Position numbers and translations under genes: made by a program. This document shows positions 27,097-37,300 of a DNA stretch of 45,869 nt, in pieces; the first letter of the stretch is position 1; the number at the start of each line of letters is the position of its first letter. The DNA comes from an uncultured candidatus Brocadiaceae bacterium (GTDB taxonomy: Bacteria; Planctomycetota; Brocadiia; SM23-32): the NCBI GenBank assembly GCA_964644705.1, contig CAZXYF010000001.1:1-45869 (forward strand). Reading direction: 5' to 3'. The notes beneath the pieces were generated by a model that was not told where the DNA came from, did not search any database, and saw nothing but the letters and a program-made list of their open reading frames with translations.

Positions 27097-29670
27097 ATGT
27101 CCGCGAGCGCTAAAAGTACGAGTAAGTTCAGTATTGGTAAGATTGCATTGGTTTTTCTGGGCATTTGCCTGGCTGCTGGTACGGGAGCAGCTGCAGAGCC
27201 GGGTGCCGGAGAAGTTACGACCCTTATTCCCGGCGTGCCGGCACTATGGTTGGTGGCGCCGGTTGCGGCCGTGATTGGGCTGATTTTTTCCTACATGTTC
27301 TTCAATCAGTTCATGAAGGTCGATGAGGGAACCGATATGATGAAGGAGATTGCTCAACATATTCGGGAAGGCGCTAACGCATACCTTCGCCGTCAGTACG
27401 CGGTGGTGGCGGTAGTGTTCGCCATCCTGTTCGTCATCTTTCTGGTACTGGCACTGCTGGGCGTTCAGAATCCCTTCACCCCGCCAGCGTTCATTGCCGG
27501 AGGCTTCTTCAGTGGTCTGTGCGGTTTTCTGGGCATGAGATCAGCAACCCAGGCTTCGGCGCGCACGGCGAATAAAGCACGCGAGTCGCTGAATGGGGGA
27601 CTGATGGTTGCGTTTCGCAGTGGATCGGTTATGGGTCTGAGCGTGGTCGGTTTCGGCCTGATTAACGTGGCGGTGTGGTATTTTGCCATGGTCGTGATCT
27701 ACCACCAGAACATGTGGGGTATTGCCGAAAGCCTCGCGGTCAAAAATGGGTTTACATGGTCCCAGGATATCTGGAGCAATCCGCAGTATATCCATACCAT
27801 GCTCGGGGAAATCACCTCGACCATGCTGACCTTTGGTATTGGGGCATCAACGATGGCTCTGTTTGCCCGCGTGGGCGGCGGAATTTACACGAAAGCCGCC
27901 GATGTCGGCGCTGACCTGGTGGGGAAAGTTGAAGCGGGTATCCCCGAAGACGATCCCCGGAATCCCGCGACAATCGCGGACAATGTCGGCGATAACGTCG
28001 GCGATGTTGCTGGTATGGGCGCGGATCTGTATGAATCTTACGTGGGATCCATCCTGGCCACCAGCGCACTGGGGGCTGCCATTCCTCTTGCAGTCGGGGC
28101 TATGTCGCCCGCCATGTACACGACCCTGCCGATGATTGTGGCCGGGCTCGGGATTCTGTTCAGTATTGCCAGTATTTACCTGGTTCGCTGTAAGGAGGAC
28201 GCGACGCAGAAGAACCTTTTGAGAGCGCTTTTGATTGGAACTTTCAGCAGCACGATTCTCGTTGTTGGTGCGCTTGCAGCAATGTCGTGGGTGGGCTTGT
28301 TCCAGTGGGGCATCTTTGGGTCCGTTGTCGCGGGTCTGATTGCTGGATTCATCATCGGACAGAGCACCGAGTGGTTCACCGCGGACGAATATAGCTGGAC
28401 GCGAGGTGTGGCCAAGCAGGCCCCCATGGGGAGTGCGCCGACCATCATTGAGGGTATTGCCGTTGGCATGCTTTCAAGTGCTATTCCGGTTATTACCATA
28501 GTTGCAGCGATCATCGCCGCATTCGGACTGGCTGGTGGTTTTGCTGAAGGCGGCATAAACCAGGGATTGTATGGAGTGGCGTTTGCTGCTGTTGGTATGT
28601 TGTCCACGCTGGGCATTACGCTGGCCACCGATGCTTATGGTCCGGTCGCGGACAATGCCGGTGGAAACGCCGAAATGAGTGGTCTTGATCCGGAGGTCCG
28701 GGAGCGGACCGACGCCCTTGATGCGCTGGGTAACACTACGGCCGCCACGGGTAAAGGATTCGCGATTGGTTCGGCAGCCCTGACGGCTATGGCTCTGCTG
28801 GCGGCTTACATCGCGCAGCTGCCCACCATGATTCGTAGCGCACTGGAAAACGCGGATGTGTATAAGGTGGCCAGCAGCAACACCGCGTTCTATCTTGGAG
28901 AAAAAACCGAGGTGGTACAGTCGCTGGAATCAGCGGGTTGGACGGTGATAGATGCTGCCAACGCCGAGGCAATGGGTATTACCAACCTCGTCGCCTATTT
29001 TGGACTGAATCTTCTGAACCCGAATCTTCTGGGAGGTCTTTTCCTGGGTGCCATGCTCGGTTTCGTCTTCTGCGGTCTCACGATGCGGGCGGTGAGTCGT
29101 TCCGCCGGTGATATGGTGGAAGAAGCCCGTCGACAGTTTGCCAAGTTGCGTGAGGCCCTGGTGGCTGACGGCATGAGCGAAGAGGAAGCTGAAGACCCCG
29201 ACAACTGGCCGGGTCGCACGGAGGTAAAAGATGGTGAATCCATCCCGAATTACGCACACTGTGTGGAAATCGCCACAATTGGCGCACAGAAGGAAATGGT
29301 CATTCCCTCGCTGCTGGCAATTGTCGCCCCGGTGGCAGTGGGCCTGATTCTGGGGGTTGCCGGAGTGCTGGGCCTGCTGGCCGGTGCACTGGTTTCGGGC
29401 CTGTCTCTGGCCTGTCTGCTGAACAACGGCGGTGGGTCGTGGGATAACGCCAAGAAATGGATTGAAAAGGGCAATCTTGGAGGCAAAAACTCCGAAGCGC
29501 ACAAAGCCAGCGTTGTGGGGGATACCGTAGGTGATCCGTTCAAGGATACCTCCGGACCATCGCTCAACATCCTGATCAAGCTGATGTCGATGACCTCAGT
29601 TGCTTTTGCGGGATTGGTCGTCTCCTGGTCTCCGGTTGTTCGCTCTTTCCTGCATCTTGGAGGAAACTAA
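27097..29670 (+). CDS. hppA: membrane-integral pyrophosphatase, K+-dependent type (ion specificity H+ or Na+ unresolved)
   Basis: ATG at 27097 lies 6 nt after GGAGGA. Motifs GGGIYTKAADVGADLVGKVE, DNVGDNVGDVAGMGADLYESY and DTVGDPFKDTSGPSLNILIKLM. GNTTAATGKGFAIGSAAL has Ala at the position where K+-independent enzymes have Lys. Confidence 0.95.
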   Translation: MSASAKSTSKFSIGKIALVFLGICLAAGTGAAAEPGAGEVTTLIPGVPALWLVAPVAAVIGLIFSYMFFNQFMKVDEGTDMMKEIAQHIREGANAYLRRQYAVVAVVFAILFVIFLVLALLGVQNPFTPPAFIAGGFFSGLCGFLGMRSATQASARTANKARESLNGGLMVAFRSGSVMGLSVVGFGLINVAVWYFAMVVIYHQNMWGIAESLAVKNGFTWSQDIWSNPQYIHTMLGEITSTMLTFGIGASTMALFARVGGGIYTKAADVGADLVGKVEAGIPEDDPRNPATIADNVGDNVGDVAGMGADLYESYVGSILATSALGAAIPLAVGAMSPAMYTTLPMIVAGLGILFSIASIYLVRCKEDATQKNLLRALLIGTFSSTILVVGALAAMSWVGLFQWGIFGSVVAGLIAGFIIGQSTEWFTADEYSWTRGVAKQAPMGSAPTIIEGIAVGMLSSAIPVITIVAAIIAAFGLAGGFAEGGINQGLYGVAFAAVGMLSTLGITLATDAYGPVADNAGGNAEMSGLDPEVRERTDALDALGNTTAATGKGFAIGSAALTAMALLAAYIAQLPTMIRSALENADVYKVASSNTAFYLGEKTEVVQSLESAGWTVIDAANAEAMGITNLVAYFGLNLLNPNLLGGLFLGAMLGFVFCGLTMRAVSRSAGDMVEEARRQFAKLREALVADGMSEEEAEDPDNWPGRTEVKDGESIPNYAHCVEIATIGAQKEMVIPSLLAIVAPVAVGLILGVAGVLGLLAGALVSGLSLACLLNNGGGSWDNAKKWIEKGNLGGKNSEAHKASVVGDTVGDPFKDTSGPSLNILIKLMSMTSVAFAGLVVSWSPVVRSFLHLGGN

Positions 29671-30075
29671 TTGGGCAGAGTAGAACCGGACAGATTAGCT
29701 GCTACGTGTGCAGCGCTACTCGATGAGAAGCGGGCGGACGACATTGTTATGATGCACGTTCGCCCACTCACTTCCATCGGTGAGTATTTTCTCGTTGCTA
29801 CTGCTCGTAACCCCCGACACCTGCGCGCTCTTGCGCGGGATCTTGAGGACGCCATGGAAGATCTGGGGAAAGAGCCTCTGGGCATCGAGGGTGTACCGGA
29901 ATCCGGCTGGATACTCGTTGATCTCGGCGACGTTGTCATACATTTGTTTGACGCGGAACGTCGGGAGTTGTATCAGCTGGAACTCTTGTGGGGAGACGCG
30001 GAGCGTGAGGATTGGCGCACAATCGAGGCGCTACCGAACGTGTCCATATCTCGCGAAACAACGCTCGAACAGTGA
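29671..30075 (+). CDS. rsfS: ribosome silencing factor RsfS (Iojap family)
   Basis: TTG start immediately after the hppA stop and 6 nt after GGAGGA. Motifs EYFLVATARNPRHLRALARDL and WILVDLGDVVIHLFDAERRELYQLELLW. Confidence 0.88.
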   Translation: MGRVEPDRLAATCAALLDEKRADDIVMMHVRPLTSIGEYFLVATARNPRHLRALARDLEDAMEDLGKEPLGIEGVPESGWILVDLGDVVIHLFDAERRELYQLELLWGDAEREDWRTIEALPNVSISRETTLEQ

Positions 30076-30100
30076 TAAATTGCACCCTATGAAAATAAGA

Positions 30101-30132
30101 AAGCCCTGCGGGCCAGGCGGCCCGCAGGGCTT
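30101..30132. terminator. bidirectional terminator between rsfS and the J-domain gene
   Basis: 14-bp stem AAGCCCTGCGGGCC/GGCCCGCAGGGCTT. It is flanked by an A-rich run upstream and TCTTTATGTT downstream, between convergent genes. Confidence 0.7.
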
Positions 30133-30163
30133 TCTTTATGTTCGGGGGAGTTTTGTGTGGCAA

Positions 30164-30967
30164 TCAAGCCGGTTCAAACCCGAGTTTCTCGCGAATCGTC
30201 GCGGTTCCTTTCAAACCGGGCTTAAGATCCAGAGCCGCCGTAAACACCTCGCGAGCCTTTTCTTCTTTATCCATTTTGAGGTGAACTTCAGCAATCTTTT
30301 TGAGGATAAAGGCTTTTTCACTTCGGTCAACGTCGAATTCAAGAATACGTTCGTAGCAGGCTATTTCCTCTTCCGGGTCGGTGGCATCGCGGGGAAGCTT
30401 ACGACTGTATAATTTTTTGAGTCGCACTTCCACTTCCTCAAAGAAGTACCGATGGCGGGGCGGTTCTTTTTCGCGTTCGAACAGTTCTTCATACAGATCC
30501 GCCGCCTCTTTGTTACGTTCAACCTCTTCCATCTCCTCAGCCAGAAGGAACAGGCAATCCAAGTAATCGCGTGTCTCAAGATAATCTGCCAGGACGAAAT
30601 CAGGGTCTTCGTTCAAACTGTCCCATATTTCCAGTGCGCTTTCACCGTCCTTGTTGAGTAGATCATCAAGCATCTGCTCAACACGCGATTCGATGGTTTC
30701 GTCACGTCTGCTCGTGTCGGCGTCCCGAAACGCTGGACTGGTCTGGAGCAAGACGTCGTATCGCGCGCGTTCCCGCTCATTGCTTAAGACCCGATAGGCG
30801 GCCATAATTTGCTTCATACGACGCGATGCCGCTGGTTTGTCGTCGCCCTGCTTGGTATCAGGGTGGTGCTTTTTGGCCAGTTTGCGGAAGGCTTTTTTGA
30901 TATCCTCCTGCGAGGCCGAGCGGTCAACGTCAAGAACATCGTAATAGCTTTCCTTTTGGGTTTGCAT
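30164..30967 (-). CDS. J-domain (DnaJ-like) protein with helical repeat C-terminus
   Basis: YYDVLDVDRSASQEDIKKAFRKLAKKHHPD contains the HPD tripeptide. The ORF opens with TTG at 30985; I prefer the ATG at 30967, which puts the J-domain at the N-terminus. Confidence 0.85.
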   Translation of the reverse strand: MQTQKESYYDVLDVDRSASQEDIKKAFRKLAKKHHPDTKQGDDKPAASRRMKQIMAAYRVLSNERERARYDVLLQTSPAFRDADTSRRDETIESRVEQMLDDLLNKDGESALEIWDSLNEDPDFVLADYLETRDYLDCLFLLAEEMEEVERNKEAADLYEELFEREKEPPRHRYFFEEVEVRLKKLYSRKLPRDATDPEEEIACYERILEFDVDRSEKAFILKKIAEVHLKMDKEEKAREVFTAALDLKPGLKGTATIREKLGFEPA

Positions 30968-31379
30968 TGTTTTATGGTCGTTCAAAAAGTGAAAGCAATA
31001 AGTTTATAGGGCTCAGTGGGACCTTATATGCGAAAAACAGGAACGCTGGTAAGTGTTGCCCCCAGCAGATCATTGGAGTCTATGCCTCAGCGGCACACCA
31101 AGAGAATCACCTGGTAAATGAGTTTTCATCTCTGATCATCCCCCAGAGCCCCCGACACGTGAGGAATATAGCTCTGAAACGCAATATAAAGATAGCAAGA
31201 AAAGTGTGTTTTGTCAACATTAAAAACGTTTTTTGGCATCAGGAGCGGGCTGAGCTGTTGAATATGCCATTCCGGAGGTTTTCACTGCAAGTATCTTTTC
31301 AGCTGGGATCACGGCCCCGGAATTGTCCGGTGGCCTGTCCCTGAAGTCTATTCCGGACAGCGCGCAGACATAAGTCAGA

Positions 31380-31407
31380 TTGCAAAGCTTCAGTTTGAAA
31401 CTATAAT
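31380..31407 (+). promoter_or_regulatory. sigma70-type promoter upstream of argC (TTGCAA-N16-TATAAT)
   Basis: TTGCAA at 31380-31385, a 16-nt spacer, then TATAAT at 31402-31407. Confidence 0.45.
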
Positions 31408-31544
31408 GCAGATGTGATGAGATCAGTTTTGACCAAAATATTCAGAAGCGAAATATGGGATTGGCTCAGTGGGAGGGCTGATCGTACCGTTGGAATATAG
31501 ATGCCGATGAAACATGAATTGATTTTGACAAGGATCACACATCA

Positions 31545-32564
31545 ATGAAAATCAGTATTGTAGGCGCCACAGCTTATACCAGCCAGGAGCTAATCCACTA
31601 TCTACTGAGGCATCCCGCTGCAGAAATTGTGCATCTGGGAGGACGTCGGGAGGGTAACCCGGCCATTTCGGATATTTTTCCGGCGCTTCGGGGCAGATGT
31701 GATCTGCCTGTAAGGGGGCTGAAGCCAAATGAGATACAGGACAAGCCGGACATCGCCTTCTTCACGCTGCCTCATCAGGTGAGTCACCAGTATGTTCCGC
31801 TGTATCTGGAGGAGGACATTCGCTGCATCGATTTCAGTGCTGATTATCGTTTTCAGTCGCGGGCGGTGTATGAGACTCATTACGGGAGTCATGGGAATGC
31901 AAATAACCTGGATAGAGCCGTGTATGGCATTCCCGAATTGTTCCGAGAGAAGATCGCGGAAGCGCAATTAATCGCGAATCCGGGTTGTTATCCAACCTCC
32001 GTGATCCTCGGGCTTGGTCCGCTGGTCAAAGGGGAAATGATCAACCTGAGTGATATTGTCGTTGACGCCAAGAGCGGCGTTAGCGGCCGGGGCAATAAAC
32101 CCAGCCCGGGGTCGATGTATTGCGAATGCAATGAGAACTTTTCCCCTTACAAAGTGGGAGCCCACCGGCATGCACCGGAAATGGAGCAGGGAGTCGAGCT
32201 GCTAGGGGAGATGGAAGATAGTGACGTCAATGTGCTTTTTGTGCCGCATCTGGCCCCGATGGACCGGGGGATTCTCTCTACAATATATGTGCGACTGACC
32301 GGTGACGGGGCGAGTGATTTACAGGAAGTTTATCGCGAAGAGTACGGGGAGGAGCATTTCGTGCGTGTGTTGCCGGAGGGGGAATTTCCGTCGACAAAAA
32401 ATGTTGTTAGGACTAATTACTGCGATATAGCAGTCAGAGTGGTTGAGAAGAATCGGGCTGTCATCACCGTTGCAATCGACAATCTGGCCCGGGGGGCGGC
32501 GTCGCAGGCGGTACAAAACATGAATGCTTCATTACGCCTGGAGGAAACACTCGGGATAGAATAG
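31545..32564 (+). CDS. argC: N-acetyl-gamma-glutamyl-phosphate reductase
   Basis: 339 aa. N-terminal Rossmann fold KISIVGATAYTSQEL and active-site motif ANPGCYPTS. Confidence 0.93.
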   Translation: MKISIVGATAYTSQELIHYLLRHPAAEIVHLGGRREGNPAISDIFPALRGRCDLPVRGLKPNEIQDKPDIAFFTLPHQVSHQYVPLYLEEDIRCIDFSADYRFQSRAVYETHYGSHGNANNLDRAVYGIPELFREKIAEAQLIANPGCYPTSVILGLGPLVKGEMINLSDIVVDAKSGVSGRGNKPSPGSMYCECNENFSPYKVGAHRHAPEMEQGVELLGEMEDSDVNVLFVPHLAPMDRGILSTIYVRLTGDGASDLQEVYREEYGEEHFVRVLPEGEFPSTKNVVRTNYCDIAVRVVEKNRAVITVAIDNLARGAASQAVQNMNASLRLEETLGIE

Positions 32565-32610
32565 ACGACACACGCAGGTGGGGAAGATGCCGTGTGACGT
32601 AGCGAATCGG

Positions 32611-34167
32611 TCACTTTTTCGCCACTGTGGGGGATCGAAACAACTGGGGATCCATCCCGAGCTGTTTTATGTTATATCGGATTTGTCGTGGGGAGATTCC
32701 ACGCTGACGGGCCGCTGCCGCCCTGTTCCTATCGGAGCGTTTCAACGCCTCCCTTATCATGTCCCGCGCCAGGGCTTCAACCTGAGTTTCCAGAGCGCCG
32801 GTGTCCGTGCCACCGCCGTCCTCCGGCAGCTGCAATGTGGGCGGGAGATGATGGGCATGTATTGCTTCGTCGGTGCTGAGCAGAACTGCTCGTTCAATAC
32901 AGTTCTCCAGTTCCCTTACGTTACCGGGCCAGTGATAGGCCATCATGGCATTGATGGCCTGGGTGGTAATGCGACTTATGTTTTTGCCCATCCGGTCTGA
33001 AAATCTATCCGCAAAATGATCGGCCAGCAGCAGGATATCTTCCCGTCGGTCCCGTAGGGGAGGCAGATAAATGGGTAAAACATTTATTCGGTAGTATAGA
33101 TCCTCCCGAAAATCTCCCCTTTCCACGGCTTTTTCCAGATCACAATTGGTTGCCGTTATTATGCGAACATCCGCGTGTTTTGTTTCGTTGCTACCGACCG
33201 GTTCGTACTCTCGTTCCTGGAGAATTCTGAGTAGTTTGACCTGTATGGTGGGCGAGAAATCGCCAATTTCATCCAGAAACAGGGTTCCGCCATCGGCCTG
33301 TTCTATGCGACCGCGTCGTTGAGATGTGGCGCCGGTGAAAGCTCCTTTTTCATGTCCGAACAGCTCGCTTTCGATGAGGTTTTCCGAGAGGGCGGCACAG
33401 TTCACCGTCACCATTGGATTGCTGCTCCGCGCGCTCTGATAGTGAATCGCCGAAGCGACCAGTTCCTTTCCCGTACCGGATTCGCCCCGGATGAGAACGG
33501 TGGTGTCGGAAGGGGCCACCTGTTGGATCAAACGGTAAACCTCCTGCATCGGATCAGAATTCCCGATGATGTTTTCCGGGCGCAGTTGTTCGCCCAGTTT
33601 ATTTCTCAGACGCAGGTTTTCGGCTTCATAAGATCGTTTTTGAAGGGCGGCGTCCCGGCGAGCGCGTACGTCCCCGCCGACCATGTTTGCCACGATGTCT
33701 AAGATGCGTTGTTGTTCTTCCAGCTCGTCGCGTGAGGTGCATGGGACGTCGACTGACAGAGTGCCCGTGACTTCATTGTTGAGGACAATAGGGACGCACA
33801 GAAAACTGAGCTGTTCTCCTGCGCTTTCCCGCCTTTTATGGATTCGGTTGCAGAATCGAGGCTCATCGGAGATGCGTGGTATTACTTCGGCTTCACCCGT
33901 TTCCATGACGCGTCCCACAATTCCTTCGCCTTTTTTATACCGGACGCTTTTTTGGTCTGATGACTGAATATTGGGAGCTGCTTCCACCACCAGATCCTTT
34001 TTGGACGGGGACACGAGCATGATAGTTCCCCGGTGCATATCGAGTTTTTCCCGGAGCGTTTTCAATACCTGTTCCAGCATCTGCCGTTGGCCGCTGTGCC
34101 GGTGCAGTATCCGCGTTATTTTTTTCAAACCGTCAAAAATATGAGCGTATCGGCTGTTGTCGGACAT
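32611..34167 (-). CDS. sigma54-dependent transcriptional activator with N-terminal GAF-like domain (NifA-type architecture, no receiver domain)
   Basis: ATG at 34165-34167 follows GGAGGA. AAA+ motifs [23 protein letters not shown] and [10 protein letters not shown]-terminal Fis-type HTH ([17 protein letters not shown]). The ~170-aa N-terminal sensor region is GAF-like. Confidence 0.9.
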   Translation of the reverse strand: MSDNSRYAHIFDGLKKITRILHRHSGQRQMLEQVLKTLREKLDMHRGTIMLVSPSKKDLVVEAAPNIQSSDQKSVRYKKGEGIVGRVMETGEAEVIPRISDEPRFCNRIHKRRESAGEQLSFLCVPIVLNNEVTGTLSVDVPCTSRDELEEQQRILDIVANMVGGDVRARRDAALQKRSYEAENLRLRNKLGEQLRPENIIGNSDPMQEVYRLIQQVAPSDTTVLIRGESGTGKELVASAIHYQSARSSNPMVTVNCAALSENLIESELFGHEKGAFTGATSQRRGRIEQADGGTLFLDEIGDFSPTIQVKLLRILQEREYEPVGSNETKHADVRIITATNCDLEKAVERGDFREDLYYRINVLPIYLPPLRDRREDILLLADHFADRFSDRMGKNISRITTQAINAMMAYHWPGNVRELENCIERAVLLSTDEAIHAHHLPPTLQLPEDGGGTDTGALETQVEALARDMIREALKRSDRNRAAAARQRGISPRQIRYNIKQLGMDPQLFRSPTVAKK

Positions 34168-34702
34168 ATGGTTCCTCCGCACTGGACCACGGTATCGGTA
34201 GTGAAATCGACTGTTAACAGTACATAACGCAAATGAGATACCGTCTAAAAAGCTGTGCAGTTGCGGCTGGATCAGTACCAGTATCATTTTTTACCTCACG
34301 GCGGGGCTTACCAAAATCTTTACCTTCGTCTTTATCAAACATCTGCCGTTGTTTTCTGGAGACCTCAGCCCGAACAGAAAGGCAGACGAAGGCAAGAACA
34401 AAGAGAGTTGTCCATGTCAAATCGCTGTTTTGGAGGGACCTGACCGCACGGGCTCCCAGCTTGTGGCACTGTTCTCTTTCATGTATGGTCTTAAATGCGC
34501 CTTAAACAGATGTCTCAGCCTCATCGGATGTTTTTGGGCGGACGAATATGGGTACAATCCAAAGGTGCTGCAGAAGACACACGAATAGTAAGATACGGAT
34601 GGGGGAATGTGTTTACTTTTCAGGCAGTGCATCATTTATGACCGCTCGAGGGCGGATACGCTTTTAGAAACAATCATTTAGTTTTTGTGATGGAGTTGCG
34701 TG

Positions 34703-35209
34703 ATGGAAGCTATACCGGAATCAGTTGTTAACTCTGTTCATCAAGAGTTCAGTGGCGTTCAAACAGAGGAACTCCGTGATAAAGCCAGTGATCTGCACGA
34801 TGCCCAGCCGGAATTGATGGCTTTTGTGCAGGCATCGACAAGCCAGGTGGAAGGAGATGCTGCGGATCTATGCGTCTATCTGTTTTTTATGACCTGTCGG
34901 ATGTATGAGGAAACTTATGGGGACGATGTAGGATTGGCCGAATCCGATGATATCATGCGGCGATACAGGGAAAACGAAAAACAAATCGAACAACTGACCG
35001 CAGAAGAGAAAGAAAAGTGGGATGACCAATCTTTTGGGATGGATACGCAGCAGCCGCATCTGATCGATTATTTGATGGAGGTTCTGAAAGAAGCTCGGGA
35101 CGAGGAAAAAGAAAACCTGACAGCTGGCGAACAGGCATATATATTTCTGATATTAAGTACCGTGATGACGGTCCTCAATGATGCAGTGAACCGGTCGCAG
35201 GAAGGATAG
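34703..35209 (+). CDS. acidic hypothetical protein
   Basis: 168-aa ORF from the ATG at 34703, with GGAG 8 nt upstream. Acidic and helical-looking. No family recognised. Confidence 0.55.
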   Translation: MEAIPESVVNSVHQEFSGVQTEELRDKASDLHDAQPELMAFVQASTSQVEGDAADLCVYLFFMTCRMYEETYGDDVGLAESDDIMRRYRENEKQIEQLTAEEKEKWDDQSFGMDTQQPHLIDYLMEVLKEARDEEKENLTAGEQAYIFLILSTVMTVLNDAVNRSQEG

Positions 35210-35313
35210 AATGCTGTGGATGGGGGTGCATGAACTGCGATACACAGGGAGGAGGGCGGCGGGGGAAACCATGCCAATCTTGTGTAATGTATTCATCCAG
35301 CTTTAAATATATA

Positions 35314-35342
35314 GGCCGCCGGCGAGCATTCCACCGGCGGCC
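35314..35342 (-). terminator. terminator-like hairpin after glnK
   Basis: 9-bp GC stem GGCCGCCGG/CCGGCGGCC. On the minus strand it is followed by TATATATTTAAAG. It sits between convergent genes. Confidence 0.5.
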
Positions 35343-35376
35343 CCTGTATAACGGCATTCCGTAGCAACAGGCAGAA

Positions 35377-35718
35377 TCATCCAATCGCTTCAGATCCGGT
35401 TTCTCCTGTCCGTATTCGGACGCAATCCGCAAGATCGAGGACGAAGATCTTTCCGTCGCCAATCTCACCGGTTCGGGCACCCGCGACAATGGCATCGATG
35501 GTGGGATCCAGATAGTTGTCATTGACCGCTATCTCAAGGCGGACCTTTTTGAGCAGGTTCACCTCCGTGACCACCCCGCGGTAGGCCTCGGTGTAGCCCT
35601 TTTGCTGGCCACAGCCCTTCGCGGTAGTTACGGACATTTTGTGTACGTCCGAATCGAACAGCGACGCTTTGACGTCGTTTAGTTTTTCCGGCTGTATGTA
35701 GGCGATAATGAGTTTCAT
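35377..35718 (-). CDS. glnK: P-II nitrogen regulatory protein (amtB-linked GlnK type)
   Basis: 113 aa with [13 protein letters not shown]..., T-loop [17 protein letters not shown] and C-terminal [13 protein letters not shown]-loop position 51 is Thr, not Tyr. Confidence 0.93.
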   Translation of the reverse strand: MKLIIAYIQPEKLNDVKASLFDSDVHKMSVTTAKGCGQQKGYTEAYRGVVTEVNLLKKVRLEIAVNDNYLDPTIDAIVAGARTGEIGDGKIFVLDLADCVRIRTGETGSEAIG

Positions 35719-35790
35719 CGCATTACTCCTTTTTGGCTGGTGCGAATTGTGGATTAAAATGAGCTGGTCCGGGGCTTCCGGTCCCCGGGA

Positions 35791-35830
35791 CCGTCGGCGA
35801 ACCCGCGAAGCAGGAAGTCATCGCCGACGG
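35791..35830 (-). other. intercistronic hairpin between amtB and glnK
   Basis: Perfect 10-bp inverted repeat CCGTCGGCGA/TCGCCGACGG with a 20-nt loop, in the 125-nt amtB-glnK spacer. Confidence 0.5.
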
Positions 35831-35843
35831 GGGAGAAGTGGAG

Positions 35844-37205
35844 TTACTCGGTGGTGAATATCTGAAAGCCGGCGTAGGCCTCCATGCCGTGTTCGCCGAT
35901 GTCCAGGCCACGCAACTCTTCGTCGCGGGAAACCCGCAGGCCGATCGTGGCCTTGATGGCGAGGAACATCACCGTGCCGGTCACCACGACCCAGCCCATT
36001 ACGCTGAGCACGCCGATGGCCTGTATGCCAAGCAGCTCGAAGCCGCCACCGTAGAACAGGCCCGCCACATCGCCCATACCCGCCGAACTGGCGTAAGCCG
36101 GACTGGCGAACAGCCCAACGCACAGGGTGCCCAGGGCGCCGCAAATGCCGTGGACGGAGACCGCACCGACGGGATCATCGATGTGTAGGGTTTGGTCGAT
36201 GAAAAGCACCGAGAGAACAACGACGATACCGGACAGCAAGCCGATGATGATCGCCCCGCCGGGGGAAACTACAGAGCAACCCGCTGTGATCCCGACCAGG
36301 CCGGCCAGGCCACCGTTGAGCGCCATACTGGCGTCCGGCTTACCCTCCACACCCCAGATCGTAAACATAGCGCTGATAGCGCCGGCGGCAGCCGCCAGGT
36401 TTGTGGTGACGGCAATGGTACCAATGGCGAGATTGGTGCCGCTGGTGGTACTGCCCGCGTTGAAACCGAACCACCCGAACCACAATATAAATACTCCGAG
36501 CGCGGCCAGTGGAATGTTGTGACCGGGCAGGGCTCTGGAGGTGGTTTCGTTGCCGTGTTGCGAGTATTTGCCCTCTCTCGGGCCCAACACTATTGCGCCA
36601 ACCAGGGCCGCCCAGCCGCCCACACTGTGGACAACGGTGGAACCGGCAAAATCAACCATTCCGAGCTCCGCCAGAAAACCTCCGCCCCAGATCCAGTGCC
36701 CGACGACCGGATAGATAACCGCCGAGAGGACAACGCTGTAGGCGAGGTAGCCGACGAACTTCGTGCGCTCGGCCATCGCACCGCTCACGATTGTTGCGGC
36801 GGTGGCGGCGAAGACCACCTGGAACATCCAGAAGGCGATCTGCCACAGACCCTCGGTTGTGGCCGGATCACCGACGGAGAGAAAAAAACCATCGGTGCCG
36901 AACAGTCCCATGCTGTCCGCGCCAAACATAATCCCGAAACCAACGGCCCAGTAGGCGATGGATCCGACGGAAAAGTCCATCAGGTTCTTCATGATGATGT
37001 TGCAGGCGTTCTTGGCGCGGGTGAAGCCAGCCTCGACCATGGCAAAGCCGGGCTGCATGAAAAAGACCATGAATGCCGCCACAAGCATCCAGACGGTGTC
37101 AATAGCATGAGCGTTTTCGCCACCCGTGGGTTCACCCGCCAGGGCCGTACCACCGACGCCTGACAGCAATAACAAAGCCAGCAATATGCGCGTTTTCGTG
37201 TTCAT
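35844..37205 (-). CDS. amtB: ammonium transporter (Amt family)
   Basis: 453 aa. Signal peptide followed by 11 TM segments. Amt motifs are present (DFAGSTVVHSVGGWAAL, FGWFGFNAGS, VHGICGALGTL). AAGGAG precedes the ATG. Confidence 0.95.
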   Translation of the reverse strand: MNTKTRILLALLLLSGVGGTALAGEPTGGENAHAIDTVWMLVAAFMVFFMQPGFAMVEAGFTRAKNACNIIMKNLMDFSVGSIAYWAVGFGIMFGADSMGLFGTDGFFLSVGDPATTEGLWQIAFWMFQVVFAATAATIVSGAMAERTKFVGYLAYSVVLSAVIYPVVGHWIWGGGFLAELGMVDFAGSTVVHSVGGWAALVGAIVLGPREGKYSQHGNETTSRALPGHNIPLAALGVFILWFGWFGFNAGSTTSGTNLAIGTIAVTTNLAAAAGAISAMFTIWGVEGKPDASMALNGGLAGLVGITAGCSVVSPGGAIIIGLLSGIVVVLSVLFIDQTLHIDDPVGAVSVHGICGALGTLCVGLFASPAYASSAGMGDVAGLFYGGGFELLGIQAIGVLSVMGWVVVTGTVMFLAIKATIGLRVSRDEELRGLDIGEHGMEAYAGFQIFTTE

Positions 37206-37255
37206 CGTGTGCTCCTTTTTGGAAGAGAATTAAGTGTGTGATTTTGAAAGCAGAA

Positions 37256-37286
37256 GTTGGGGCTTGTTAGAAGACGGAGCCCCAAC
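37256..37286 (-). other. intercistronic hairpin between the porin gene and amtB
   Basis: 9-bp stem GTTGGGGCT/AGCCCCAAC. On the minus strand it is followed by TTCTGCTTTC. This is a possible attenuator or partial terminator. Confidence 0.45.
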
Positions 37287-37300
37287 TCACTTCCGGGGCG

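Noticed and set aside
34214-34420. 68-aa minus-strand ORF with a signal-peptide-like N-terminus upstream of the sigma54 activator gene
   Set aside because: It would need a TTG start with no Shine-Dalgarno sequence (the upstream sequence is CCCTCC). The first in-frame ATG lies after the hydrophobic segment. There is no recognisable family.
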